Below are positions 12,119 to 22,197 of a DNA stretch of 64,000 bases, in pieces. The position numbers and the translations under genes are program-made. This DNA comes from Plasmodiophora brassicae. Taxonomy: Eukaryota. Numbering within the stretch: position 1 is the first letter of the stretch; the number at the start of each line of letters is the position of its first letter. Below the pieces are notes generated by a model. That model did not search any database and was not told the origin of the DNA. It saw only the letters and a list, made by a program, of their open reading frames with translations. The stretch is from positions 806,001 to 870,000 of the forward strand of contig CP145420.1 in assembly GCA_036867785.1 (NCBI GenBank). Reading direction: 5' to 3'.

Positions 12119-13237
12119 CGACCCCGTCTCCTGAGCCGACAGAAAGCATTGCCTCGTTTGCCCTAGGAAGTAGCACGTGTGCAGGTGCTCGCGGAACCAG
12201 CTGGGCGACCGGAGACCCGGGCAACGGGACCTGCGCACCAGGAGCAGGTGACCGGATGGGATCGGTGCACCAAACGCAGGTGAAGCAGACGGGGCCGGCG
12301 GGATTGGTGCAACAGGGTAATTGGCGAAGTCGGGTTGGACGCTGTCGCTGGAGACTGTGGTGCTTCGCCCAGGGCAGACGTTCTGTTCCAGCCGGGTACG
12401 TTGCCGGCCAAGTAGGGGCACTACACGATGCACACGCATAGCCAGGACGAGATCAAGGGACGACGAGGATTAAGGCGATGTTGTCGGCGACTGCGTCAAG
12501 GTCTCGAAGTGCTCGCACTTAAAGGGCCTCGATCTGGGTTCAACTTCAAAGGGCAAGGGCACAGCAGGCGCTGAGAGGATCGGATCTCCACTCGAATTGC
12601 GACGTCCCGTCGACGTCTATCCCAGCCCACCAATATACACGTTCTCGCGCCTGCCCAGATCAGGGCAGGGCACGGTCGCCAGCACCTGACGAGGCTTTCA
12701 CACAGGACGGCGCCGTCGCCGCCTGCGGTCGACGGCGATGCCACCGCAGGTGACGCGTCGGCGTGTGTCCGATCAGGAGGCCTCTGTTGACTAGGGCCCG
12801 CTGGAAGCAGAGTACCGCCGGACGCTCGGTTTCGTCTTCATCGACGTGGACCCGGCGGCGCAGGACGAAGACGTCGACTGGGTCCATGTTGGCAGAGTCG
12901 GCCAGGTGCCTCCGAAACCTCCGCTGACGTTCGACGACGTTCTTGCCCTCATTGATGCCGTGCTTCGGCGAGTAGGTGGATCTGGACTTTCACTCAGTGG
13001 AACGTCCGCGCGACGGCTGGGTCGGCGATGGTCGCGAAGCGTCGTCGTCGAGTCGAGAAAACGAACGCAGTGGACACCCAGCACGGCGCACAGGTTTCAG
13101 CAATCAGATTAAGTGTTGTCAACTTCGCCGCCGTGCCCGTGTCGGGTGAGATTGGCCGGGTGCCCCCACGACGATGATAACGATCTATTACACCTACCAT
13201 GTAGCGGTCTGCTCTATCGTCCAGTGAGCGCGCTAGC

Positions 13238-14059
13238 ACCTGGAATTTAGGGCCCCGATCACCACTGGGGCGATCAGGGCCGATGGGATGGCGTGACGTA
13301 CGCCCGTGGCGACTGGTCAGTGGCAGGACTGGCACCGAAGTCCCTCATTTCGGAGATCTCGCGCGACATTGGCGATGGCGGCGAACCACGCGCCTTTCAT
13401 GCGCACGATCACTGGTTCTAATGGCCGATTCAGTGTGGCCGTATCCGGATACTGACGTCGGGATCGTCTCTGTGCCGGCGGCGCGCTCGCTGCAGCAGGG
13501 CATGTCGGCCGTCGGCGGCGGCCTACGCGGGAAGCGATCACGGTTGGGTTGGTGTCGTTCCTCTTGCCGTTGACGATTCGGTCGACTGCCGATATTTCTT
13601 CCACAACGCCCGCGTGATGAGGACGCTGAGACAAGTTACGCCGGCTATGATTGCCACCGTCCGGAGGGTGTCGGAGTATGCTGGTAGGTGGAGGTGGAGG
13701 TGTAGATGGAGATTGTGCTGAACCTCGACCTTGACTCGGGCGCCGTCCTTGGCAGCTCCGGCGACGGCTACGAGGCCGTCGCCGACGGCCGACATGCCCT
13801 GCTGCAGCGAGCGCGCCGCCGGCACAGAGACGATCCCGACGTCAGCATCCGGATACGGCCACACTGAATCGGCCATTAGAACCAGTGATCGTGCGCATGA
13901 AAGGCGCGTGGTTCGCCGCCATTGCCAATGTCGCGCGAGATCTCCGAAATGCAGGACTTCGGCGCCAGTCCTGCCACTGACCAGTCGCCACGGGCGTACG
14001 GCACGCCATCCCATCGGCGCTGATCGCCCCAGTGGTGATCGGGGCCCTAAATTCCAGGT
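13238..14059. repeat. Inverted repeat IR1: 287-bp arms (13238-13524 and 13773-14059)
   Basis: ACCTGGAATTTAGGGCCCCGATC...GGCCT and its reverse complement, with a few substitutions. Confidence 0.95.
13538..13876 (-). CDS. Small single-TM protein, 'MADSVxPYPD' family copy B (112 aa)
   Basis: MADSVWPYPDADVGIVSVPAARSLQQGMSAVGDGL...TVAIIAGVTCLSVLITRALWKK. Homologous reading frames recur five more times in the window. Confidence 0.6.
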   Translation of the reverse strand: MADSVWPYPDADVGIVSVPAARSLQQGMSAVGDGLVAVAGAAKDGARVKVEVQHNLHLHLHLHLPAYSDTLRTVAIIAGVTCLSVLITRALWKKYRQSTESSTARGTTPTQP

Positions 14060-14220
14060 CGCACTGTGCGCGTTCACTGCCCCGCAGTCCGCGGGGTCCA
14101 GGCAGGCGGCAGGCCGCCGCGCTATACAAGGCGCTCCACGCCATGGTGCGCACCCAACGACGAGTGGGTCGGCGGACGGGCATATCGGCGCCGCAAGTTG
14201 ATGACACGTAGTGACATGAA

Positions 14221-15138
14221 ATGGTGGCCGCACCGTATCGGATCGGGGTCGACCTGGGCGGTACCAAGACCGAGGTCGTCGTGGTCGACGGCGCCGGGGT
14301 CGAGCACGTTCGCCGTCGAGTCCCTAGTGCACGCGACGCCTACGATGGGACGCTATCGGTCATCAGGGACCTGGTTGCCGACGCCGAACGCGACTGCCGG
14401 GCGGCGACGGGCGCCCCGATCGGTGTCGGCATACCCGGGTCGATCAGCAAGCGCACGGGCCGCGTCAAGAACGCCAACTCGACGTGGCTGAACCGGCGGC
14501 CGCTCGCTGCCGACCTGAAGGCGTTGTTCCCCGGACGGGACGTCGTCGTTGCGAACGACGCGAACTGCCTGGCGTTGAGTGAGGCGACAGACGGGGCCGG
14601 CGCTGGATACGATCTCGTATTCGCTGCCATTCTGGGTACAGGATGCGGTGCCGGCCTAGCGTACCGACGACAGGTACTGCCGGGCGCCAACGGTGTCGCT
14701 GGCGAATGGGGCCATAACCCGTTGCCATGGGACGACGACGCCGTTCCCCGCCAATGCTACTGTGGGCGCACGAATTGCATTGAAATGTTCCTGTCGGGAC
14801 CAGCCCTGACAGAAACGTACGCCACGATGACGGCTGGCGCTCGCCTGTCCGCTAAGGACATTGTCCAACTGGCAGACGATCGCCCAGACAGCGACGCTGG
14901 ACGAGCGCTGGACGCGTACCTGGACGCACTGACCAAGTCTCTGGCATCGGTGATCAACGTGGTCGACCCGGACGCGATCGTCCTGGGTGGTGGCATGTCC
15001 AATTGCAGAGCGATCTACGATCGGGTGCCGGCCAGCCTCGAGCGGTTCGTCTTCGGCGGCGAATGTGAGACCCCGGTGCGACCTGCCCGGCATGGTGATT
15101 CCAGTGGCGTTCGTGGAGCCGCATGGTTGAACCCGTAG
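14221..15138 (+). CDS. mak: ROK-family sugar kinase, bacterial Mak (manno/fructokinase)-like, intronless
   Basis: RIGVDLGGTKTEV, VGIPGSIS..TGRVKNANSTWLN, ANDANCLALSEATDGAG, ILGTGCGAG, AGEWGHNPLPW, CYCG...CIE, DPDAIVLGGGMSN, HGDSSGVRGAAWL. Confidence 0.92.
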   Translation: MVAAPYRIGVDLGGTKTEVVVVDGAGVEHVRRRVPSARDAYDGTLSVIRDLVADAERDCRAATGAPIGVGIPGSISKRTGRVKNANSTWLNRRPLAADLKALFPGRDVVVANDANCLALSEATDGAGAGYDLVFAAILGTGCGAGLAYRRQVLPGANGVAGEWGHNPLPWDDDAVPRQCYCGRTNCIEMFLSGPALTETYATMTAGARLSAKDIVQLADDRPDSDAGRALDAYLDALTKSLASVINVVDPDAIVLGGGMSNCRAIYDRVPASLERFVFGGECETPVRPARHGDSSGVRGAAWLNP

Positions 15139-15475
15139 TAGGACGAACAATATACAATGCGAATGGCTCACAGATGAAATGTACGTGGAAAGCGGTCACG
15201 GTTGCGTGCCGTTGTTCGTGTCGCTCCTCTTGCCGTCGACGAATCGGTCGCGAATCGGCCCGCCTCGAAGTCGGGACGTTGACGACGCGCTCGCGGCCGG
15301 CACCGCATCATTTATCCACAATCGCAGCGAATAACGAGACTATGTCCACAGTGGCAGGCCTGACATCGAAGTCCTGCACTCCCGGGCGATAAACGGTGCC
15401 GCTGGCGAATGGCGCCATAACCCGTTGCCATGGGACGACGTCGCCGCTTCCCGCCCGTGCTACTCTGTGCTCATG

Positions 15476-15501
15476 GTGTGTGTGTGTGTGTGTTTGTGTG
15501 T
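15476..15501. repeat. (GT)n microsatellite
   Basis: Direct reading. Confidence 0.9.
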
Positions 15502-15734
15502 GAACGTAGCGCTGCTGCGTCCTGCGTATGGAACCGTCTGTATTATACGCTGTATTATACACACCTGTATAATACGCGTATAATACACATTTCATCGCCG
15601 GAGAGTGTATACTACAAATCCATAGTCCTGCGGCCTGAACCCGCGGACAGCAGCTGGGCAGCGAACGCGCGCGCGTGTACAGTGCGACCTGGAATTTAGG
15701 GGCCCCGACCACCACTGGCGAGGCTACGGGATGC

Positions 15735-16310
15735 CCGGCAGTCGCGTTCCGTTGGCAACCAGATCCCTGATGACCGATAGCGTCCCATCGTAGGCGTCGC
15801 GTGCACTAGGGACTCGACGGCGAACGTGCTCGACCCCGGCGCCGTCGACCACGGTCTTGGTACCGCCCAGGTCGACCCCGGTGCGGCCACCATATCATGT
15901 CACTGCGTGTCATCCACTTGCGACGTCGATGTGCCCGTCCGCCGACCCACTCGTCGTCGGGTGCTCACCATGAGCACCTGCCTGGACCCGCGGACAGCAC
16001 GGCGGTGAACGCGTACAGTGCGACCTGGAGTTTAGGGCCCCGAACACCACTGGGGCGAGAGCTGACGGGATGGCGTGCCGTACGCCCGTGGCGGCTGGTC
16101 AGTGGCAGGACTGGCACTGAAGTCCTGCATTTCGGAGATGTCGCGTGACATTGGCGATGGCGGCGAACCACGCGCCTTTCATGCGCAGCACCACAGGTGC
16201 TAATGGCCGATTCAGTGTTGCCGTATCCGGATGCTGACGTCGGGATCGTCTCAGAGCCGGCGGCGCGCTCGCTGCAGGAAGGGATGTCGGCCGTCGGCGG
16301 CGGCCTTGTT
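15735..16310. repeat. Inverted, internally deleted copy of ~13770-14405 (mak 5' end, intergenic region and small-ORF 5' part)
   Basis: For example GATAGCGTCCCATCGTAGGCGTCGCGTGCACTAGGGACTCGACGGCGAACGTGCTCGACCCCGGCGCCGTCGACCAC is the reverse complement of mak ~14281-14357. Confidence 0.9.
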
Positions 16311-16463
16311 GCCATCGCGGATTCTGTCAAGGGTGGCGTCCGCATTGACCTACACCTGCAACTACCACCGGCGAAAGAAACTTTGTGCATGGCAGCGATC
16401 ATCGCCGGGGTTACCCTGCTCTACGTCATAATCTCGCGCTCAGTGACGAAGACGTATGACTAA
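16203..16463 (+). CDS. Small single-TM protein, 'MADSVxPYPD' family copy C (86 aa)
   Basis: MADSVLPYPDADVGIVSEPAARSLQEGMSAVGGGLVAIADSVKGGVRIDLHLQLPPAKETLCMAAIIAGVTLLYVIISRSVTKTYD. Confidence 0.6.
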   Translation: MADSVLPYPDADVGIVSEPAARSLQEGMSAVGGGLVAIADSVKGGVRIDLHLQLPPAKETLCMAAIIAGVTLLYVIISRSVTKTYD

Positions 16464-16557
16464 ACGGAACTGTCCAGCTTTCCTTCTGATCGTCGTCCCG
16501 CGTCCCGGCACAGCTGCCGCTATCAGGCACCAGTTAAAATCGTCGCCGTCCAGGCCT

Positions 16558-16826
16558 TGCACGAATTGCAATGAAACGTTCCTGTCGGGACCACTGTCAG
16601 AAACGTACGCCACGATGACGGCTGGCGCTCCCCTGTCCGCTAAGGACTTTGTTCAACTGGCAGACGATCGCCCAGACAGCGACGCTGGACGAGCGCTGGA
16701 CGCACTGACCAAGTCTTTGGCATCGGTGGTCAACGTGGTCGACTCGGACGCGATCGTCCTGGGTTGTGGCGTGTCCAATTGCACAGCGATCTACGATCGA
16801 GTGCCGGCCAGCCTCGCGCGGTTCGT
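16558..16826 (+). pseudogene. mak internal fragment (copy of ~14768-15050) fused to small-ORF copy D
   Basis: TNCNETFLSGPLSETYATMTAGAPLSAKDFVQLADDRPDSDAGRALDALTKSLASVVNVVDSDAIVLG. Confidence 0.9.
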
Positions 16827-16831
16827 GTTTC

Positions 16832-17782
16832 TTGCCATATCCGGATGTTGACGTCGGAATCGTTTCCGAGCCGGCGGCACAGGCGCTCAAAGACGGCATG
16901 GTACGTGGGCGTCGGCGGCGGCCTCGTTGCCATGGCCGAAGCACTCAAAGGCGGCGTTTGCGTTGACGTCGACGTTCAGCTGCACTTCCCACCGGTCAAG
17001 GAGACGGTGGTGTTCAGGGCCGCGATAGTCACCACGGCTGCAGTTGTCTACGGCGTCGTTTCTCGGGTTCTGTTCAAGAAGTAAAAGAGCTGAGCTTTCC
17101 TTCTGGCCATCGTTCCGCTTCCCGGCGCAGCCACGCACACGACCGCTGACGTCCGTCGCCAGTTAGCATTGTCGCCGGTCGATCCCGGCCGACCGGCCCG
17201 CGTCTTGGCCGTCTCGCCGTCCAGGTGCTCCAACATCACCACCTCAAAACAATTATTTGGTCCGTCGTCATTCTTGTCAGGCTTTGCGAGTCGGTGGATG
17301 CGCTGGCGAATGGGAGCCTCAAGAGCGGCAATCTCATAAGAACGACGGTGGACCAAATTCTCTTGAGGTACTGTGGTGACGTTGGAGCACCTGGACGGCG
17401 AGACGGCCAAGACGCGGGCCGGTCGACCAGGATCTACCGGCGACAGTTTAACTGGCGACGGACGTCAGCGGCCGTGTGTGTGGCTGCGCCGGGAAGCGGA
17501 ACGATGGCCAGAAGGAAAGCTCAGCTCTTTTACTTCTTGAACAGAACCCGAGAAACGACGCCGTAGACAACTGCAGCCGTGGTGACTATCGCGGCCATGA
17601 ACACCACCGTCTCCTTGACCGGTGGGAAGTGCAGCTGAACGTCGACGTCAACGCAAACGCCACCTTTGAGTGCTTCGGCCATGGCAACGAGGCCGCCGCC
17701 GACGCCCACGTACCATGCCGTCTTTGAGCGCCTGTGCCGCCGGCTCGGAAACGATTCCGACGCCAGCATCTGGATACGGCAA
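16832..17782. repeat. Inverted repeat IR2: ~410-bp arms (16832-~17241 and ~17373-17782), carrying small-ORF copies D (+) and E (-)
   Basis: Near-identical ORFs on opposite strands (16887..17138- vs 17476..17727+; 16764..17084+ vs 17530..17769-). Confidence 0.95.
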
Positions 17783-17797
17783 CACCGAATCGGCCAT
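17530..17797 (-). pseudogene. Small-TM family copy E with a 4-nt (GTAC) frameshift or cryptic intron
   Basis: MADSVLPYPDAGVGIVSEPAAQALKDGM, then in another frame VGVGGGLVAMAEALKGGVCVDVDVQLHFPPVKETVVFMAAIVTTAAVVYGVVSRVLFKK. Confidence 0.6.
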
Positions 17798-18031
17798 TAC
17801 AACCAGTGATCGTGCGCATAAACGAGGCATGGTTGTCCGCCATCGTCACGCACGCACGAGATCGAATGGAGGATTTCGATGCCAGCGCTCTCCCATCAAG
17901 TCCTCACGGGCATACCCCCTGTCCCCCTTCCCATCGGCCCTCGCCAGTGGTGATCGGGGCCCTAAATTCCAGGTCGCACTGTACAGACGCGCTTGCGTTC
18001 GCTGCCGTGCTGTCCGCGGGTCCAGACCGCA

Positions 18032-18228
18032 GTGTCCAATTGCAGAGCGATCTACGATCGTCGGGTGCCGGCCAGCCTCGAGCGGTTCGTGCTCGGCGAC
18101 GAATGTGAGACCCCGGTGCGACGGGCCCGGCATGGTGATTCCAGGGGCGTTCGGGGAGCCGCGCATGGCTGGCAGGACCAGAAACATACAATGCCAACGT
18201 CTCACAGATGAATTATACGTGGGAGCGG
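18032..18228 (+). pseudogene. mak 3' fragment plus downstream region (copy of ~14996-15200)
   Basis: SNCRAIYDRRVPASLERFVLGDECETPVRRARHGDSRGVRGAA. Confidence 0.9.
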
Positions 18229-20716
18229 TCACGGTTGTGTGCCGTTGTTCGTGTCGTTCCTCTTGCCGTCGACGATCCGGTCGCGAATCGCCGGGAATCG
18301 GTCCGCCTCGAAGTCGGGATCGTTGAGGACGCGCTCGCGCAGATCGGCGATCAGCTGGGAGCGGTACGCGCGTTCGAGTTCGTCGGTGACGTTACCAGGC
18401 TGGCCGCCAGCACGTTCCACCTGCCGTTCCAGACTGGCTCGCGTGTTCGCCGGCTTATTGCGTTCAGCACGACGCGATTCGGCCAGCTTGCGTCGCTTGC
18501 TGTCGTGGCCCTCGCTGTACGAGTCGCTGAACGGGCGCTGCGGCTCCATGCACCTCTGCAGAGCGGCGTCGCGGTCGATGGTGCGCTGCCATTCCTCAGC
18601 GACGTCGCTGGGCAATTCCCGCATCCAGCGTTCGGTGCCGGATGTGTCCCGCTCGAGCGCCCGTTGCTCCAGGAACCTGGTGTGTGTCCGCATCATCATG
18701 GTGGCGATGGCGCCGCTCGCCATCGTTGACAGGAACGAGAACTCGGAGCCGAGCGATGAGACGCCTTCGGAAACGACACCGCGAAGAAGGGTGCCGACCG
18801 ACGTCGTGCCGTCGTCGAACAGCTGCGACGCCATGTCGACCCATTCACCGACCGCCATTGCCACAGCGGTCTGTAGCGGCTCGGCGAACGGTCGGCTGGG
18901 GCCAGGTTCTGACATGATCAGGTTGACGATGCCCCGAACGTGAGGATGGATCAGGTCGAACGACGTCTCGGCCAGTTCAGCATTGGGTCGCAGGTGGGAC
19001 GCGACAGGCGCCAGCGCCGTCTCGCTGGACAGGTACCCAACCAGCCATGCCGTCAGCTCGTCGGTCAGCTGGCGGCGAGACGCGGGCGTATCGGACCCAG
19101 ACAGGCCGTGCTGAAAGAGCTCCTCGCGCAGCTCGCCGTGAAGGGGCTGAAGGGCAGACCAGTTTCCGGAGAACATCGCGAACAGGTCGGGCATCTGCAG
19201 ACGGGACATGACGCGCGACAGAATGGATTCCACCGGCGACATCTCCTGCGATTCGTCGTGCGATGCAGCCGCCTGCGATGGCATCAACGATGCGGCCAGC
19301 TCTGCAAGGCTGCCACCACCTGAACCTGAGCCAGACGACCCCAGGATCGATGAGACCATCGGCATGAGCTGGGCCATAATATCAACGGCGGGAGCGACGT
19401 TAGATGCGGGCGCACTGGACGATGATGACGGGTGAGGGCGGGCAGGGCTTGGGCTCCGGGGACGACGGTTCGTCGCAGACGGAGGTTGCTGCGGGGCCGC
19501 AGAAGGCGGGGGCGGCGCGTTTCCCTGCTGACCCGACCGTTCCGGTGGTCGTGACGCGTTCTGGGCACGGGAGATCATGCCGGTAACAGACTGGAGCATG
19601 CCCTGCAGATCAATCGCAGGCGCGCCCGATGCGGAACTTGACGACTGCTGAAGAGACGAGCCCAGAGCGGCGAACGCATCTGGAAGGTTGACGACAAACG
19701 GCGGGATGGACGGGTGCGATGACGACGATGACGCATTGAAGGTAATGGATTCCCGGCCAGGCGCGGTGCCCAAACGTGTACCAGACAGGGCAGACGCCAA
19801 GGTGGACAGCGGACCCACCATCTGACTCAGTGCCAGGCCAATCTGGGCGGATTGTTGCTCGGTATTGGCTCGCAGAGTGGGGTCCGTTGCCTGCGATGGG
19901 CGCTGAAGCACTGGCTGCACGTCCTCTAGCATCTGCATCAGGCGGGCCAACAGGGCATGGACCTGCGCCGTCATCTGGCCCAGCGATGGGACGTCGTTCG
20001 CGAGACGAAGGTCGATAACGGCGCTGGGCAACGCAACCGTCCCAGCGACCGTGTTCAGCTGTTGGCGGATCGCGTCGATCGATGCGAGGGCGGGTGTCGC
20101 AGCAGGTACAGGCTGGCGTTGAGGTTGTTGTCGGTGTTGTTGTTGCTGTTGTGAAGATGGTTGTTGTTGTTGCTGTTGCGCAGGCGTCGGTATCGGCGGT
20201 TGCGATGGCTGAGGAATGGGAACGGCACCAAGAGCAATGCCGCCGTCGACGAGGCCGACTCCCGACGAAATCGACGACAGCATGCGGTTGACAATCATGT
20301 TGAAGTCTGGAAGCGCCTGACCACGACGTGTTTCAGTCTAAACATTGACGGGCAATGCGACGTGTTTATACCTCTCCGTCGCCAATGTTCACAGTGGACA
20401 CGAAAACGCCACTGTTCGCGGCTGGCATACCCTGTTGCGCCTGCTGTTGCTGCTGCGGGGGTTCGGTGGCGGGTGCTTCCGATGGGGCATCGTCGGGTCG
20501 GACGACCAGATGCACGACGGAATCGGACGCGACGCCGTACTCGGCCAGCAGGTGGCCGTCCTTCAGGACCTTGCCGCGGAATATGATTCGCTGACGCTCG
20601 GGCGGCGTGCCATTCGCCTCGGCCACCGCCGATTTCAAGGCGTCGACGGGCGTCGACGGGTCGACCTCCAGGTCCACCTGGAACTGCCCGCCGTTCAGCG
20701 TCTTGACGAGCACCAT
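18229..20716 (-). CDS. BAG6: BAG6/BAT3-like protein (N-terminal ubiquitin-like domain, polyQ/Pro-rich middle, C-terminal BAG-similar region), one intron near 20.32-20.37 kb
   Basis: MVLVKTLNGG...QRIIFRGKVLKDGHLLAEYGV...VHLVVR. C-terminal WQRTIDRD...QRPFSDSY...KRRK...YRSQLIADLRERVLNDPDFEADRFP. Confidence 0.8.
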
Positions 20717-21152
20717 CGGCGGGGAATGCGACGCGGACTTTGCCGCGCGCTCTGCAAACAATGGACCTATCCGGAATACATACCTATTCGCCAGCCGGCC
20801 GCAGAACAACATCGTGTCGCAATCGCGATGCCGCTGACCTCGTCGAACCGCGTCCGAATCGCGTTGCTGGTTTGCACCTCTGTCTGGCTGCCGGCGACCT
20901 CCGGGACGCCCCCTGCCCAGCAAGCACAGGCCTGATCTAGTGGGCGTCCTTCATGTCGACGATGTACGACGTCGCTGATGTCAAAGCAGACCATCAAAGG
21001 CAGAACCACGGGTCGTGAACGCCTGCAGCGATTGCAACATGAGGTTCCCGGTGATCGGAACGCGACATCTTCCTAGAGGCGGTCCATCAGGCTCCAGACC
21101 ATGGCTGATGGCGCCCACTTCGGTACTGAGCTGGATAATGGGTTTAATCGCA

Positions 21153-21804
21153 TCAGTGCGACTGCTGATGTCGCAGGATGGCATCGACGAGTTCCGGTTT
21201 CTCAGACAGGCCGCGGTAGTCGACGTGAGCGAATGCCAGGATGCGTTTGAGGTCGTTGGCGCGCATGGCCATCAGGTCTTGGCGTGTTTTCCCGGTGACG
21301 TCCAGGGATCTGTGCTGGTCCAGGGCCTTGAGGGCATCTTCGACGGCGCTGTCCAGTTCGCTGTTGCCCGGGTGGCCGTTCCAGACCACCTGCCCGAGAT
21401 GGTTGATGAGGAACGCGGCAGGAATGCCAGAACAGCGGAACGCCTTCATGTACTGATCCGTAACGCCTGCCCGGTCACAGGCAACCCGGTATTCAATCGA
21501 CGACCCCGAGATGAACGAACGTGCAGCATTTTCGTCTTCGTTCGTGACGCCAAGTACGACCAGCCCTAGCTCGCGATACTTGGCCTGCAGGGAATTCTAC
21601 AAACGGCGGCGTCATCGTTAACAACGACGACGCAGAGTTCGCCAGGCGCGGCATCCCTACGAGGTGCGGCACTGACTTGCGACAGGGCGGGCACCATGAT
21701 GCGAACCGCTCCAGCAGGAGGACGCCGCGCCCCTTGACGTCGACCTCGATGGAGACGGGATCGCCTGATACGAACGACAACCCGTCGATGGCGAACGCCT
21801 CCAT
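21153..21804 (-). CDS. TlpA/thioredoxin-like redoxin with C-terminal SAP-like helical domain, spliced
   Basis: LLERFASWCPPCRKSVPHL, GIPAAFLINHLGQVVWNGHP, MRANDLKRIL...DYRGLSEKPELVDAI. Confidence 0.75.
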
Positions 21805-21883
21805 ATTCGGCGAAACAATGTGCGCGCGTCGAACCATCCACACAGCTTATTGTACATCCTGCAACACTGATACGACGCTGACT

Positions 21884-21901
21884 GACACACACACACACAC
21901 A
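21884..21901. repeat. (AC)n microsatellite
   Basis: Direct reading. Confidence 0.9.
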
Positions 21902-22197
21902 GCTGCGACGTCGTGGAACTACCAGCCGAACGGTTTCATTCAGTACGGATCGCTTGCACGCGTCTGGGCGAATTTCGTCAGCGCCATCGCCTGGGGGACG
22001 AGCGTCGACGGCGACGCGGGGACGGAGAACGCCTGTAACGCGGAGGGGAACGCGAACGCTTGCGGTATCGTGGGCCGGGACGGCGCCGAGAATCTAGGGA
22101 CGGGCTTCGTCTGCGATGGTACGACGATACCTCCTCGTCCTCCTCGATTTCGCCAGACGTGTCCGAATCTTCCGCTGCGATCTGAACGGCGATAACG

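Noticed and set aside
12120-13200. Several short ORFs
   Set aside because: No recognisable motifs or consistent exon structure, so left unannotated.
13238-14059. IR1 or IR2 as MITE or composite transposon ends
   Set aside because: No TSD was seen, and the arms consist of gene and promoter sequence that also occurs in non-terminal contexts.
14221-15138. mak as bacterial contamination
   Set aside because: It is interleaved with duplicated pieces of the intron-containing BAG6-like gene and has no operon neighbours. This is not fully excluded without reads.
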